DNA of 56,793 bases from Octopus bimaculoides (lineage: Eukaryota). The stretch is from assembly GCF_001194135.2 (NCBI RefSeq), contig NC_069009.1, positions 4,744,677 through 4,801,469 of the forward strand, in the 5' to 3' direction. The notes under the pieces are model-generated. The model had not been told where the DNA came from. It did not search any database and saw nothing but the letters and a program-made list of their open reading frames with translations. Position 1 is the first letter of the stretch; each line of letters starts with the position of its first letter. Both the position numbers and the translations under genes were made by a program. Below, one piece after another: positions 11,431-22,776 of this stretch.

Positions 11431-11821
11431 CCAAAATATTGTATTTGGCGGCGTATAAGATGTGCTCACGCATAATATGCATCCCTGTTTTACTAGAATA
11501 CTTTGTGGAAAAATAAGAAATTTTATGATTCTTCAACATACACATAATGAATAAAATATTGATAATATTATATTATTAATAATAATATTTTATTGTCATT
11601 AACAAAGCAGTGACCTGGAAAAATCATTAACATGCTTGGCAAAAGGCTTAGCAACATTTCACCTTTCATTCTTTTGGGGGTAATAAAATAAGTACCAGTC
11701 AAGTACTAGGGTTTATGTAATGGACTTAGCCCCTCTCACAAAATTGCTGGCCTTGTGCCAAAATTTGAAATTAATATTTTATTATTAAAGGATTATTATC
11801 ATTATTATTATTATCATTATA

Positions 11822-12237
11822 GGCGCAGGAGTGGCTGTGTGGTAAGTAGCTTGCTTACCAACCACATGGTTCAGGGTTCAGTCCCACTGCGTGGCAACTT
11901 GGGCAAGTGTCTTCTACTATAGCCTCGGGCTGATCAAAGCCTTGTGAGTGGATTTGGTAGATGGAAACTGAAAGAAGCCTGTCATATATATGTGTGTGTA
12001 TGTGTGTGTGTGTGTGTGTATGCATGTTTGTGTGTCTGTGTTTGTTCCCCCAACTTTGCTTGACAACCGATGTTGGTGTATTTACGTCCCCGTAACTTAG
12101 CAGTTCGGCAAAAGAGACCGACAGAATAAGTACTAGGCTTACAAAGAATAAGTCCTGGGTTCGATTTGCTCGACTAAAGGCGGTGCTCCAGCATGGCCAC
12201 AGTCAAATGACTGAAACAAGTAAAAGAATAAAAGAAT
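11822..12237 (+). mobile_element. SINE family A, full length
   Basis: Complete copy flanked by (ATT)n tracts. Confidence 0.92.
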
Positions 12238-12279
12238 ATTATTATTATTATTATCATTATCATTATTATTATTATTAAA

Positions 12280-12810
12280 GATGGTGAGCTGGCAGAATTG
12301 TTAGCACACCAAGCTAAGCATTTTATTCCTCTTTAGATTCTACCCTTATAATTTCAGTCCTTGTGCCTTTAGTAGAAAGGATTATTATTATTATTTTTAA
12401 AGCCAGTGAGCTGGCAGAATCATCAGCACACTGCACAAAATGCTTCGTGGCATTTTGCCCATCTTTACATTCTGAGTTCAAATTCTGCCAAGGTCATCTT
12501 CGTCTCTCATTCTTTTAGGCTCAATGAAATAAATACCCATCAAATATTAGGGGTCGATGTAATCGATTTATTTCCTCCTCTGAAATTGCTGGCATTGTGC
12601 CAAAATTCGAGACCAATGCTTAACTGGTCCTAAGCAAGCAAGGTGAAAGAGTAGTTAGCACATCAAGCAAAATGTTTAGTAGCATTTCCGGCCGTCTTTA
12701 CATTCTGAGTTCAAATTCCACTGAGGTCGACTTTGCCTTTCATCCTTTCCGGAGTCAATGGATTAGGTACCAGTTAAGTACTGGGCTGAATGTAATCAAA
12801 TAATCCCCTC
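12280..12810 (+). mobile_element. Cluster of three SINE family B copies (tRNA-derived, ~200-230 bp; resembles the octopus OR-type SINEs as I recall them)
   Basis: gtgagctggcagaat..ttagcac, then ttctgagttcaaattc..ctttgcctttcatccttt..gtaccag, restarting at ~12280, ~12405 and ~12640. A degraded copy lies at 11605-11775. Confidence 0.82.
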
Positions 12811-12834
12811 TCATCAAGTTTCAGGTTTTGCGCC

Positions 12835-13130
12835 TGGTCCGCCTGACTGGCTCCTGCGCTGGTGGCATGTAAAAAACACCAACTGATTGTGACCAATGCC
12901 AGTACCCGTTGACTGGCTTTTGTTCTGGTGGCATGTAAATAGCACCATCCAAACGTGATCGATGCAAGGCCTGCCCGACTGGCTCCTGTGCCAGTGGCAT
13001 GTAAAAAGCACCCCTACACTCTCGGAGTGGTAGGCGTTAAGAAGGGCATCCAGCTGTAGAAACACTGCCAGATCAGATTGGAGCCTGGTGTAGCAACTGG
13101 CTTCCCAGACCCCGGTCAAACCGTCCAGCT
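12835..13130 (+). mobile_element. SINE family C with internally triplicated ggcatgtaaa.agcacc motif
   Basis: ggcatgtaaa repeated three times, then ctcggagtggtaggcgttaagaagggcatccagctgtagaaac. Confidence 0.8.
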
Positions 13131-13149
13131 AAACTCCTTATCTTCGGTT

Positions 13150-13445
13150 TTTGTGACTCCTGAATGTGAGGCAATGTCTGAAAGAGTACATGCACAGATA
13201 AAAGCAGTGGAAACGGGATTCTTACAAAGTATTACTGGAGTAATGTTACTCAACAGGATGCAAGCTCAGAGACCAGGAAGTCTCTCCAGGTTGAGCTACT
13301 ACTTTGCAATGAGCTTTCAAAGCTCTGGTACTACAGACATGATTAGAAAGTGTCAGGAAAGTAATACAAGACAAATTCTTCAAAGCCAAACCAACAAGTA
13401 GGAGACCAAGAGAGGTAGACCTAAAACGAGACAGTTGGATAATAT
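13150..13445 (+). pseudogene. RTE LINE ORF C-terminal remnant
   Basis: EAMSERVHAQIKAVETGFLQSITGVMLLNRM, and after a frameshift PTSRRPRGRPKTRQLDNI. Same family as 7520-8620. Confidence 0.8.
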
Positions 13446-14028
13446 TTGTTTCAAATTTTGGGACAAAGCCAGCAAGTTTGGGGGAGGGGACTAGTCAATT
13501 ACATCGACCCCAATGTTCAACTGGTACTTATTTTATTGAACCCGAAAGGATAAAAGGCAAAGTCAACCCTGGCAGTATTTGAACTCAGAACTTAAAGATG
13601 GATAAAAATGCTGCAAAGTATTTTGTCCTGTGTGCTAATGATTCTGCCAGCTCACTGCCTGATATTTGGATAATGCTGGTTCCAAATTTTGGCACAAAGC
13701 CAGCAGCTTTAGGAAAGGCCAGTAGTTGATTACATCAACCCCAGTGCATTTCTATTGGTCTCTTTTTGCCCCAAACCACTAAGTTATGGCAATGTAAACA
13801 TACCAACACCGGTTGACAAGCAGTGCTAGGAAACAAACACACACACACACACACACACATGCATGTATATACGAGGGGTTCTTTCAGTTTCTGTCTACCA
13901 AATCCACTCACAAGGCTTTGGTTGACCTGAGGCTATAGTTAGAGACACTTACCCAAGGTGCCATGCAGTAGGACTGAACCTGGAACCATATGGCTGGGAA
14001 CTAAACTTCTTACAACAGAGCCATGCCT
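13445..14028 (-). mobile_element. Adjacent minus-strand SINE B (13445-13745) and SINE A (13750-14028) copies
   Basis: Reverse complements of the B body (ggtacttattttattgaacccgaaaggataaaaggcaaag) and the A head/body. Confidence 0.82.
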
Positions 14029-14124
14029 GAAAGATACCTGAGGACTCTACCCCGACGACCATTCCAGGAACGGTGGACAGAGAAGATGGATGACTGAATT
14101 GCTAAAACCCTTACACAACGGATA

Positions 14125-14640
14125 ATTACATGAAGAACATTTCATCATTTATATTTCTTGATGCCATTTGAGGAACATAAAGCTCTACCATAATGGTTCT
14201 TCAATTTTCTAAAAGATTTATTCCTTTCCGTTAAGTGAAGCAATATCTCTGCCATTTCTTCATGGATTCTAAGACTTTCTGGAACATTCCAGTGATAGTA
14301 CCTATTTGATATCCATCCAAATAAATACTGATTGGTTCTTTATAAGAAAACCCAAACAACAAAACTTAAAAGCTGCGTTCTATTTTAGAGAATAACTACA
14401 CCGTGAATGCCAAACTTCTCCACGTCCATTTCTTCAGATTCTTTACAAGCGTCTTTCATTCTCTGATAGTGTTTTGTGAGGGAATAAGCAGCCCATTGTT
14501 ATTTTGAAAATACTTATATTTCCAAGCACAGTATAACCATTTCTATCTGCAGGGTTTCCATCAAAATTAAGATATCTGGCGGTGTATTAGATGCAATTAC
14601 ACAGAAAATGCACTCATATTTTACAAGAATATTGCATGAA
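14125..14640 (-). pseudogene. Second diverged copy of the hAT N-terminal remnant
   Basis: Collinear with 11000-11520, with shared blocks ttcttcaattttctaaaagatttatt, ttcttcatggattctaagactttct, tgccaaacttctccac and tataaccatttctatc. Confidence 0.78.
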
Positions 14641-14677
14641 AATATAGATTTAAATTCTGAATTAAAATTCTGAAGAG

Positions 14678-14855
14678 GTGCAGGCATGGCTGTGGGGTAA
14701 GAAGCTTGCGTCTCAGCCACATGGTTCCAGGTTCAAATCCCACTGTGTAGCACCTTAGGCAGCGTATTCTATTATAGCCTCGGGCTGACCAAAGCCTTGT
14801 TAGTGTATTTTGTAGATGGAAACTGAAAAAGAAGCCAGTCATTTATATATGACTG
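14678..14855 (+). mobile_element. SINE family A, 5' half
   Basis: ggtgcaggcatggctgtggggtaagaagcttg...gaccaaagccttg. Confidence 0.85.
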
Positions 14856-14864
14856 GCTTCTTTA

Positions 14865-14898
<34 letters not shown>

Positions 14899-15665
14899 NN
14901 NNNNNNNNNNNNNNNNNNNNNNNNNNNNNNNNNNNNNNNNNNNNNNNNNNNNNNNNNNNNNNNNNNNNNNNNNNNNNNNNNNNNNNNNNNNNNNNNNNNN
15001 NNNNNNNNNNNNNNNNNNNNNNNNNNNNNNNNNNNNNNNNNNNNNNNNNNNNNNNNNNNNNNNNNNNNNNNNNNNNNNNNNNNNNNNNNNNNNNNNNNNN
15101 NNNNNNNNNNNNNNNNNNNNNNNNNNNNNNNNNNNNNNNNNNNNNNNNNNNNNNNNNNNNNNNNNNNNNNNNNNNNNNNNNNNNNNNNNNNNNNNNNNNN
15201 NNNNNNNNNNNNNNNNNNNNNNNNNNNNNNNNNNNNNNNNNNNNNNNNNNNNNNNNNNNNNNNNNNNNNNNNNNNNNNNNNNNNNNNNNNNNNNNNNNNN
15301 NNNNNNNNNNNNNNNNNNNNNNNNNNNNNNNNNNNNNNNNNNNNNNNNNNNNNNNNNNNNNNNNNNNNNNNNNNNNNNNNNNNNNNNNNNNNNNNNNNNN
15401 NNNNNNNNNNNNNNNNNNNNNNNNNNNNNNNNNNNNNNNNNNNNNNNNNNNNNNNNNNNNNNNNNNNNNNNNNNNNNNNNNNNNNNNNNNNNNNNNNNNN
15501 NNNNNGATATTCTGACCATGTCGCACAAGGAGTTTTTAGGCGGAGAATTTAAACTGATCGTGTGCATATGTGCATGTATATGTATGTATACACTCGTATA
15601 TGTAAGAATATCATATGTTATATATATTTATATATATATTTGTATTTATGTGCTTTTTTGAGTAT

Positions 15666-15723
15666 ATTCCACTGATGAGGCAAAGCATTTCTTATGCGAA
15701 GCCAGAAATCCAGGATCTGGAAT
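15666..15723 (+). ncRNA. Type-I hammerhead ribozyme-like motif with extended stem II
   Basis: AUUCCA-CUGAUGA-GGC(aaa gcau uucuu augc gaa)GCC-A-GAA-AUCC(a)GGAU-C-UGGAAU. 6-bp stem I, palindromic stem III, AUC triplet, one extra A before G12. Confidence 0.55.
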
Positions 15724-15858
15724 TATCCAGTAAGTTTTGCTAGTTTATTTTGTCTTCATCTTCATTCTTGGTGCTATATGAACATTTATTGTGGTCTAGA
15801 GTCAAGATTTGACTGCTATTTTCAGCGTGGCGGTATCTCTTAGATACCCAATATTAGC

Positions 15859-16022
15859 AGAAGAAGAAGAAGAAGAAGAATAAGAGTTGGAAGAAGAAGA
15901 AGAAGAAGAAGAAGAAGAAGAAGAAGAAGAGTTGGAAGAAGAAGAAGAACTGGAAGAAGAAGAAGAAGAAGAATTGGAAGAAGAAGAAGAAAGAAGCAGA
16001 AGAAAAAGAAGAAGAAGAATAA
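15859..16022. repeat. (GAA)n tract with gagttg/gaattg interruptions
   Basis: Direct reading. Source of the poly-L/F ORFs. Confidence 0.95.
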
Positions 16023-16380
16023 GAGTGTGAGTATATCAGTGCTACAATCAACTAATATTCTTCTCATTATATAACATGTCTTCAGCAGCCTGCTAAAATT
16101 CCTGAAGATAAACCCAGAATCTTCCATTCTTCGAATGCGTTTCCAATCTCCAAATATGGTTTCCGAAATAATAGGAAATTTCACAATCTCAAAGAGGAAT
16201 CAGTGAAATGAATTTCAGCACCGTTTAGATGCAGATGCTGTGATTAGAAATTTCTAGAATGGAAACGGACGAAAAGCGAGGAATTGTATCTGCTGTTAAC
16301 AGTTAAGTGATATCTGAGATGATGGTCGGTTGAAATGAGAGAGGGAGACGGAGAGAGAGAGAGAGGGGGTAGGAGGGAGG

Positions 16381-16430
<50 letters not shown>

Positions 16431-16694
16431 GAGTAATGATAGGGAGAGCTGATTTGATTTGTACTGATGAGGAGTGATATAAATGTGTGTGTGTGTGTGT
16501 GTGTGAGGTGGTATAGGGATGTATCTATGTGTGTATGGAAATATATATATATGTATATACATATATATAGATATATATGTGTATGTATATATATATCTAT
16601 AAGTGTATGTGTGTGTATGTGTATATATATATATTTATATATTCGTATATATAGGTATGTATATATATGTATATATTTATACATACATGTATAT

Positions 16695-16778
<84 letters not shown>

Positions 16779-16800
16779 GTATATATATATATGTGTATAT

Positions 16801-17350
16801 TTTTTTACTTGTTTCAGTCATTTGACTGTGGCCATGCTGAAGCACTGCCTTTAGTCGAACAAATCGATCCCAGGACCTATTCTTTGTAAGCCTATACTTA
16901 TTCTATCGGTCTCTTTTGTCAAGCTGCTAAGTTACGGGGATGTAAACACACCAACATTGGTTGTCACGCCATCATGGAGGGTCAAACACAGACACACAAG
17001 CACACAGACACACACACACACACACACATACACACACACGCACACACAAGANNNNNNNNNNNNNNNNNNNNNNNNNNNNNNNNNNNNNNNNNNNNNNNNN
17101 NNNNNNNNNNNNNNNNNNNNNNNNNNNNNNNNNNNNNNNNNNNNNNNNNNNNNNNNNNNNNNNNNNNNNNNNNNNNNNNNNNNNNNNNNNNNNNNNNNNN
17201 NNNNNNNNNNNNNNNNNNNNNNNNNNNNNNNNNNNNNNNNNNNNNNNNNNNNNNNNNNNNNNNNNNNNNNNNNNNNNNNNNNNNNNNNNNNNNNNNNNNN
17301 NNNNNNNNNNNNNNNNNNNNNNNNNNNNNNNNNNNNNNNNNNNNNNNNNN

Positions 17351-17392
<42 letters not shown>

Positions 17393-17552
17393 GACGGGCT
17401 TCTTTCAGTTTCCGTCTACCAAATCCACTCACAATGCTTTGGTCGGCCCGAGGCTATAGTAGAAGACACTTGCCCAAGGTTCCACACAGTGGGACTGAAC
17501 CCAGAACCTTGTGGTTGGTAAGCAAGCTACTTATCACACAGCCACTCCTGTG
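16801..17552 (-). mobile_element. SINE family A, full length, with an assembly gap in its internal microsatellite
   Basis: Tail at 16801-17050 and head at 17390-17552 flank the N run. Confidence 0.88.
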
Positions 17553-17597
17553 CTGATATAGAAATAAACATAAACATGTTGATGCCACATACACAAT

Positions 17598-17647
17598 TTG
17601 AACCCTGCATCTGCTACGATCTGCACAGCTGTGTTAACCACAACACC
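17598..17647 (-). mobile_element. Isolated decayed tRNA-like head (old SINE or tRNA pseudogene)
   Basis: Minus strand tggtgttgtggttaacacagctg...gcagggttcaaat has A-box and B-box spacing. Confidence 0.4.
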
Positions 17648-17698
17648 AAAGGAAAGGTATTGTGTGAAACCTCATTCCTGAAATGATTTCACTTTCAG

Positions 17699-17757
17699 AA
17701 AGGATGATGTCATACTTGTGACCTGTCAATGGGGATTCCACTTCAGACTTCAACAAG
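17699..17757 (+). CDS. Candidate internal exon, unknown product (KDDVILVTCQWGFHFRLQQ)
   Basis: tttcactttcag acceptor, aag|gtgtac donor and one open frame. Phase-compatible with 18864-18982. No homology recognised. Confidence 0.15.
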
Positions 17758-17787
17758 GTGTACTATTTATATACATATATATATATA

Positions 17788-17837
<50 letters not shown>

Positions 17838-18562
17838 TGTGTGTATATACATACATGCACATTATGTAGGTGATGGAAAAATATTGTATATATATATATA
17901 AGTATACAAACACATATATATATGTATATATATGTGTGTGTGTNNNNNNNNNNNNNNNNNNNNNNNNNNNNNNNNNNNNNNNNNNNNNNNNNNNNNNNNN
18001 NNNNNNNNNNNNNNNNNNNNNNNNNNNNNNNNNNNNNNNNNNNNNNNNNNNNNNNNNNNNNNNNNNNNNNNNNNNNNNNNNNNNNNNNNNNNNNNNNNNN
18101 NNNNNNNNNATATATATATATATATATATATACTTATATGTATATTTATATCTAAATATTTATCTATGTATCTGTATATATATATATAAATATGTGTGTG
18201 TGTATGGATGTATATGTACTCACTCTACAAAGGTATATATCTATATGGGTGTGTGTGTGTATGTACTAATGTTGAGATACATAAGAATGTATACATATAG
18301 TTACATACTTATCTATTTATCTCTCTATTTATCTATCTATCTATCTATCTACCAATTTATGTATGTATGTATATATCTATCTACTTACGTATGTATGTAT
18401 ATATCTATCTATATCTATCTTTCTATGTTTTTATATGTGTGTGTACGCCTGAGTGTGTGTGTGTACATATATCAATATAGATAAGCATATACATACATAT
18501 TCATATAAATATATATACACACACACACATATATATATATACATACATACAAATACACATAT

Positions 18563-18600
<38 letters not shown>

Positions 18601-18618
18601 ACATACAAATACACATAT

Positions 18619-18653
<35 letters not shown>

Positions 18654-18863
18654 CATACATACAAATACACATATACACACACACATATATTCATATACTT
18701 ATATGTACACATATACATATTATATTATGCATATATATATATTGAACAGATATTGGGATAATTGAACTTTAACCAATCTCTGCACAAAAGAGAAATGTTT
18801 GACCATTCTACTTTCACTTTCTTCTACCTTCAACCCTCCCTTCTCCTATTACTGTTACCATAG

Positions 18864-18982
18864 TTACAGACAGAACATGTGATGGCTCTATTCAGCCTGG
18901 TTATGTTCCCTTCTTGCTGAGAAAGGTCAAATTTGGCAGGAGGGTCACAGGTCACTGTAGAACAGCATTCTTTAAAGAATTG
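18864..18982 (+). CDS. Candidate internal exon, unknown product (TDRTCDGSIQPGYVPFLLRKVKFGRRVTGHCRTAFFKEL)
   Basis: Long pyrimidine tract + tag (alternative cag at 18869), strong ttg|gtaagg donor and one open frame, in non-repetitive sequence. No homology recognised. Confidence 0.3.
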
Positions 18983-19197
18983 GTAAGGATGAGTCAAGAT
19001 TGACCAACACACATACATCAAGCAGATAACCTAGATAACATATATAACATATACACACTGTCACACACACACACACACAGAAATGCATGCACACATACAG
19101 ATACACTTTCATACATATATAATCTATATATATATATATAGTGTGCTCAATTGGATATATATACATATACACACACACACATCCATATATATATTAT

Positions 19198-19567
19198 TTT
19201 ACTTGCTTTAGTCATTTGACTGCGGCCATGCATGACTTATTCTTTGAAAGTCTCGTACTTATTCTATCAGTCTTTCTTGCCGAACTGCTAAGTTACGGGG
19301 ATGTAAACACACCAACATCGGTTGTCATCTGATAACGGGGAACAAACACGGACACACAAAATACATGCATATATATATATATATGCAGATATATATATAT
19401 ATATATATACGATGGACTTCTTTCAGCTTCCATCTACCAAATCCACTCACAAGGCTTTGGTCGGCCCGAGGCTATAGGAGAAGACACTTACCTAAGGTTC
19501 AGTGGGACTGAACCCAGAACCATGTGGTTGGAAAGCAAATTTCTTACCACATAGCCATGTCTGCACC
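19198..19567 (-). mobile_element. SINE family A, followed by a degraded A 3' half at 19580-19790
   Basis: Reverse-complement match to A. Confidence 0.85.
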
Positions 19568-19814
19568 TATATGCATATATTACCTTTTACCTTTCACTTG
19601 TTTCAGTTATAAGAGTGTGACCATGCTGGGGCACCTCCCATGAATTTTTAGTCAACTGAATCAACCCCAGTGCTTATTTATTCATTCTGGTGCTTATTCT
19701 ATCAACCTCTTTGGCGAAACTGCAAAGCTATGGGGATGCAAACACACCAACACCGGTTGTCAAGCTGTGATGGAGTGACAAACACACACACACACACACA
19801 TACACACACACACA

Positions 19815-19852
<38 letters not shown>

Positions 19853-19854
19853 AA

Positions 19855-20083
19855 GGCAGCGAGTTGGCAGAAATATTAGCACACCGGGCGAAATGCTTAG
19901 CGGTATTTCGTCTGCTGTTACTTTCTGAGTTCAAATTCCGCCGAGGTCGACTTTGCCTTTCATCCTTTCAGGGTCAATTAAATAAGTACCAGTTATGCTC
20001 TGGGGTCGATATAATCAACTTAATCCGTTTGTCTGTCCTTGTTTGTCCCCTCTGCGTGTAGCCCCTTGTGGGTAGTAAAGAAA
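19855..20083 (+). mobile_element. SINE family B, full length and little diverged
   Basis: ggcagcgagttggcagaa...ttctgagttcaaattccgccgaggtcgactttgcctttcatccttt...gtagccccttgtgggtagtaaagaaa. Confidence 0.9.
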
Positions 20084-20108
20084 CAATACACACACATATA
20101 TATACATA

Positions 20109-20601
20109 TATATAATGTATGGTGAATTTATGGAAAGAAATAAAATTCATCAATTTAGTTAAAAATGGAGAAGACAAGTTGTTAAAATATGTAAGAGGAT
20201 TTTAATTCATGCTGACGATCGTTTAGTACAGAGATATAAAAAATCATGAAAGTTCATGTTTGAACTGAATTAGATTAAATTAATTAAAGAAATAAATTAA
20301 TTATATATATATCAATGTACTCTTCAATGCAGGAAGCATAAACAAAATTATAAATTGTAAATCTTGTTTATATTTCCTGCACTGAAGAGTACGTTGATAT
20401 ACATAATTAATTAATTAATTTAATTAACTTAATCTAATTCAATTCTATCATGAATTTGCATAATTTTTATATCTCTGTATGAAACGACCGTCTACATGAA
20501 TTAAAATTCTTTTATATATTTTAACAACTTGTCTTCTCCATTTTCAACTAAATTGATGAGTTTTATGGCACTTCTTTCCATAAATTCACCACATATCATA
20601 T
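20109..20601. repeat. Foldback (long inverted repeat) element, arms ~235 bp
   Basis: ggtgaatttatggaaaga...gagaagacaagttgttaaaata...caggaagcataaacaa is mirrored by ttgtttatatttcctg...tattttaacaacttgtcttctcc...tctttccataaattcacc. Spacer ~18 bp near 20350-20367. Confidence 0.9.
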
Positions 20602-20767
20602 ACAAGTATTATTTTCATATTCGCAGATTTGTGTCTATAAACCACCAGCAAAATATGAAGAATTGACATTAGAAACCCTTTTTGGAAACCTCCAAATTAA
20701 AGGACGAATCTACATTCAACCTTTTTACACCTATATTACTATACATATACATATATANNNNNNNNNN

Positions 20768-20822
<55 letters not shown>

Positions 20823-20826
<4 letters not shown>

Positions 20827-21010
20827 GTAACCTCGTGTATATCATTGCCGATCTTTTCTCCCTCTGTCTTCCCTTCTTTGGACACCCCTATATTTCCGAT
20901 GAAGAGCTCTGCTCGAAAAGTCAAATTCTTTTTCTTCCCTTCTCTGAGCGTCCAGTAACACAATATTTGTATCACGTCCTCGCGTTGTTGCTTTTTTGTC
21001 GTTTTTCTTG
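20823..21010 (+). mobile_element. Repeat family F (Penelope-like pLTR-type tail) containing a hammerhead-like motif at 20892-20926
   Basis: tgtaacctcgtg...AUUU-CCGAUGA-A-GAGC(ucu)GCUC-GAA-AAGU-C-AAAU...cacgtcctcgcgttgttg. Homologues at 24866-25085 (-) and 44744-44930 (+). Confidence 0.65.
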
Positions 21011-21054
21011 TTTGTTTGTTTGTTTGTTTGTTTGTTTGTTTGTTTGTTTGTTTG

Positions 21055-21375
21055 TATGTATGTATGTATGTATGTATGTATGTATGTACGTATGTACGTA
21101 TGTACGTATGTACGTACGTACGTACGTACGTACGTACGTACGTATGTATGTATGTATGTATGTAGGTATGTACGTACGTATGTACGTACGTATGTACGTA
21201 CGTATGTACGTACGTATGTACGTACGTATGTACGTACGTATGTACGTATGTATGTACGTATGTATGTACGTATGTACGTACGTATGTACGTACGTATGTA
21301 CGTACGTATGTACGTACGTATGTACGTACGTATGTACGTACGTACGTACGTACGTACGTACGTATGTATGTATGT
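21055..21375. repeat. (TACG)n/(TATG)n compound microsatellite with 12-bp higher-order unit tatgtacgtacg
   Basis: Direct reading. Confidence 0.95.
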
Positions 21376-21376
21376 G

Positions 21377-21775
21377 TTGTGGCAGTGTGGTAAGTAGCTT
21401 GCTCACCAACCACATGGTTCCGGTTCAGTCCCTCTGCGTGGCCCCTTGGGCAAGTGTCTTCTGCTATAGCCTCAGGCTGACCAAAGCGTTAGAGTGGATT
21501 TGGTAGACGGAAACAGAAAGAAGCCCATCGTGTGTGTGTGTGTGTGTGTGTGTATGTATGATTATGTTTGAGTGTCTGTGTTTGTCCCCCCATTATCGCT
21601 TGACAACCGATGTTGGTGTGTTTACATCTCTGTAACTTAGCGGTTCGGCAATAGAGACCAATAGAAAAAGTACTAGGCTTACAAAGAATAAGTCCTGGGG
21701 TCGATGTGTTTGACTAAAGGTGGTGCTCCAGCATGGCTGCAGTCAAATGACTGAAATAAATAAAAGAATAAAAGG
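21377..21775 (+). mobile_element. SINE family A, full length
   Basis: Complete head, body and tail. Confidence 0.9.
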
Positions 21776-22722
21776 ATATCTATCTATCTATCTATATATC
21801 ACGTGGGTATGTATGTGCATATGTATAAATGTGGACGTATGAGTGTATATATATATGTGTGTGTGTGTGTGTGTATCAGTATGCATGTATGTGTGTGTTT
21901 GTGTATACGTATTTATGTATGCATGTACGTTCTCACACATTTATAGGTATGTGTTGTCCAAACCACTATCCGGCAGCGTCCAATTCTCTAACAGTTTTTT
22001 TCAAATGAATCAAGTCATAACCTTATCCATCTATTGTTTTCATAATCGGTCATAATGTCTTACGTTTAAGATGATTCCCATGCTTTCCCTGATGAGAAGG
22101 TTACAATTTTAATATCAAAGATCCCTATGGATCACACAGGTTGTAATCCTTTGAAACATATGTAGGAATAAAATNNNNNNNNNNNNNNNNNNNNNNNNNN
22201 NNNNNNNNNNNNNNNNNNNNNNNNNNNNNNNNNNNNNNNNNNNNNNNNNNNNNNNNNNNNNNNNNNNNNNNNNNNNNNNNNNNNNNNNNNNNNNNNNNNN
22301 NNNNNNNNNNNNNNNNNNNNNNNNNNNNNNNNNNNNNNNNNNNNNNNNNNNNNNNNNNNNNNNNNNNNNNNNNNNNNNNNNNNNNNNNNNNNNNNNNNNN
22401 NNNNNNNNNNNNNNNNNNNNNNNNNNNNNNNNNNNNNNNNNNNNNNNNNNNNNNNNNNNNNNNNNNNNNNNNNNNNNNNNNNNNNNNNNNNNNNNNNNNN
22501 NNNNNNNNNNNNNNNNNNNNNNNNNNNNNNNNNNNNNNNNNNNNNNNNNNNNNNNNNNNNNNNNNNNNNNNNNNNNNNNNNNNNNNNNNNNNNNNNNNNN
22601 NNNNNNNNNNNNNNNNNNNNNNNNNNNNNNNNNNNNNNNNNNNNNNNNNNNNNNNNNNNNNNNNNNNNNNNNNNNNNNNNNNNNNNNNNNNNNNNNNNNN
22701 NNNNNNNNNNNNNNNNNNNNNN

Positions 22723-22776
<54 letters not shown>

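Noticed and set aside
16096-16211. Possible terminal exon QPAKIPEDKPRIF...EESVK*
   Set aside because: The acceptor is weak, there is no homology, and it lies upstream of the other exon candidates, so it fits no model.
22089-22130. CTGATGA at 22090 (also 25326 and 43216)
   Set aside because: No stem II + GAAA + NUH arrangement follows; 43216 lies within the mariner remnant.
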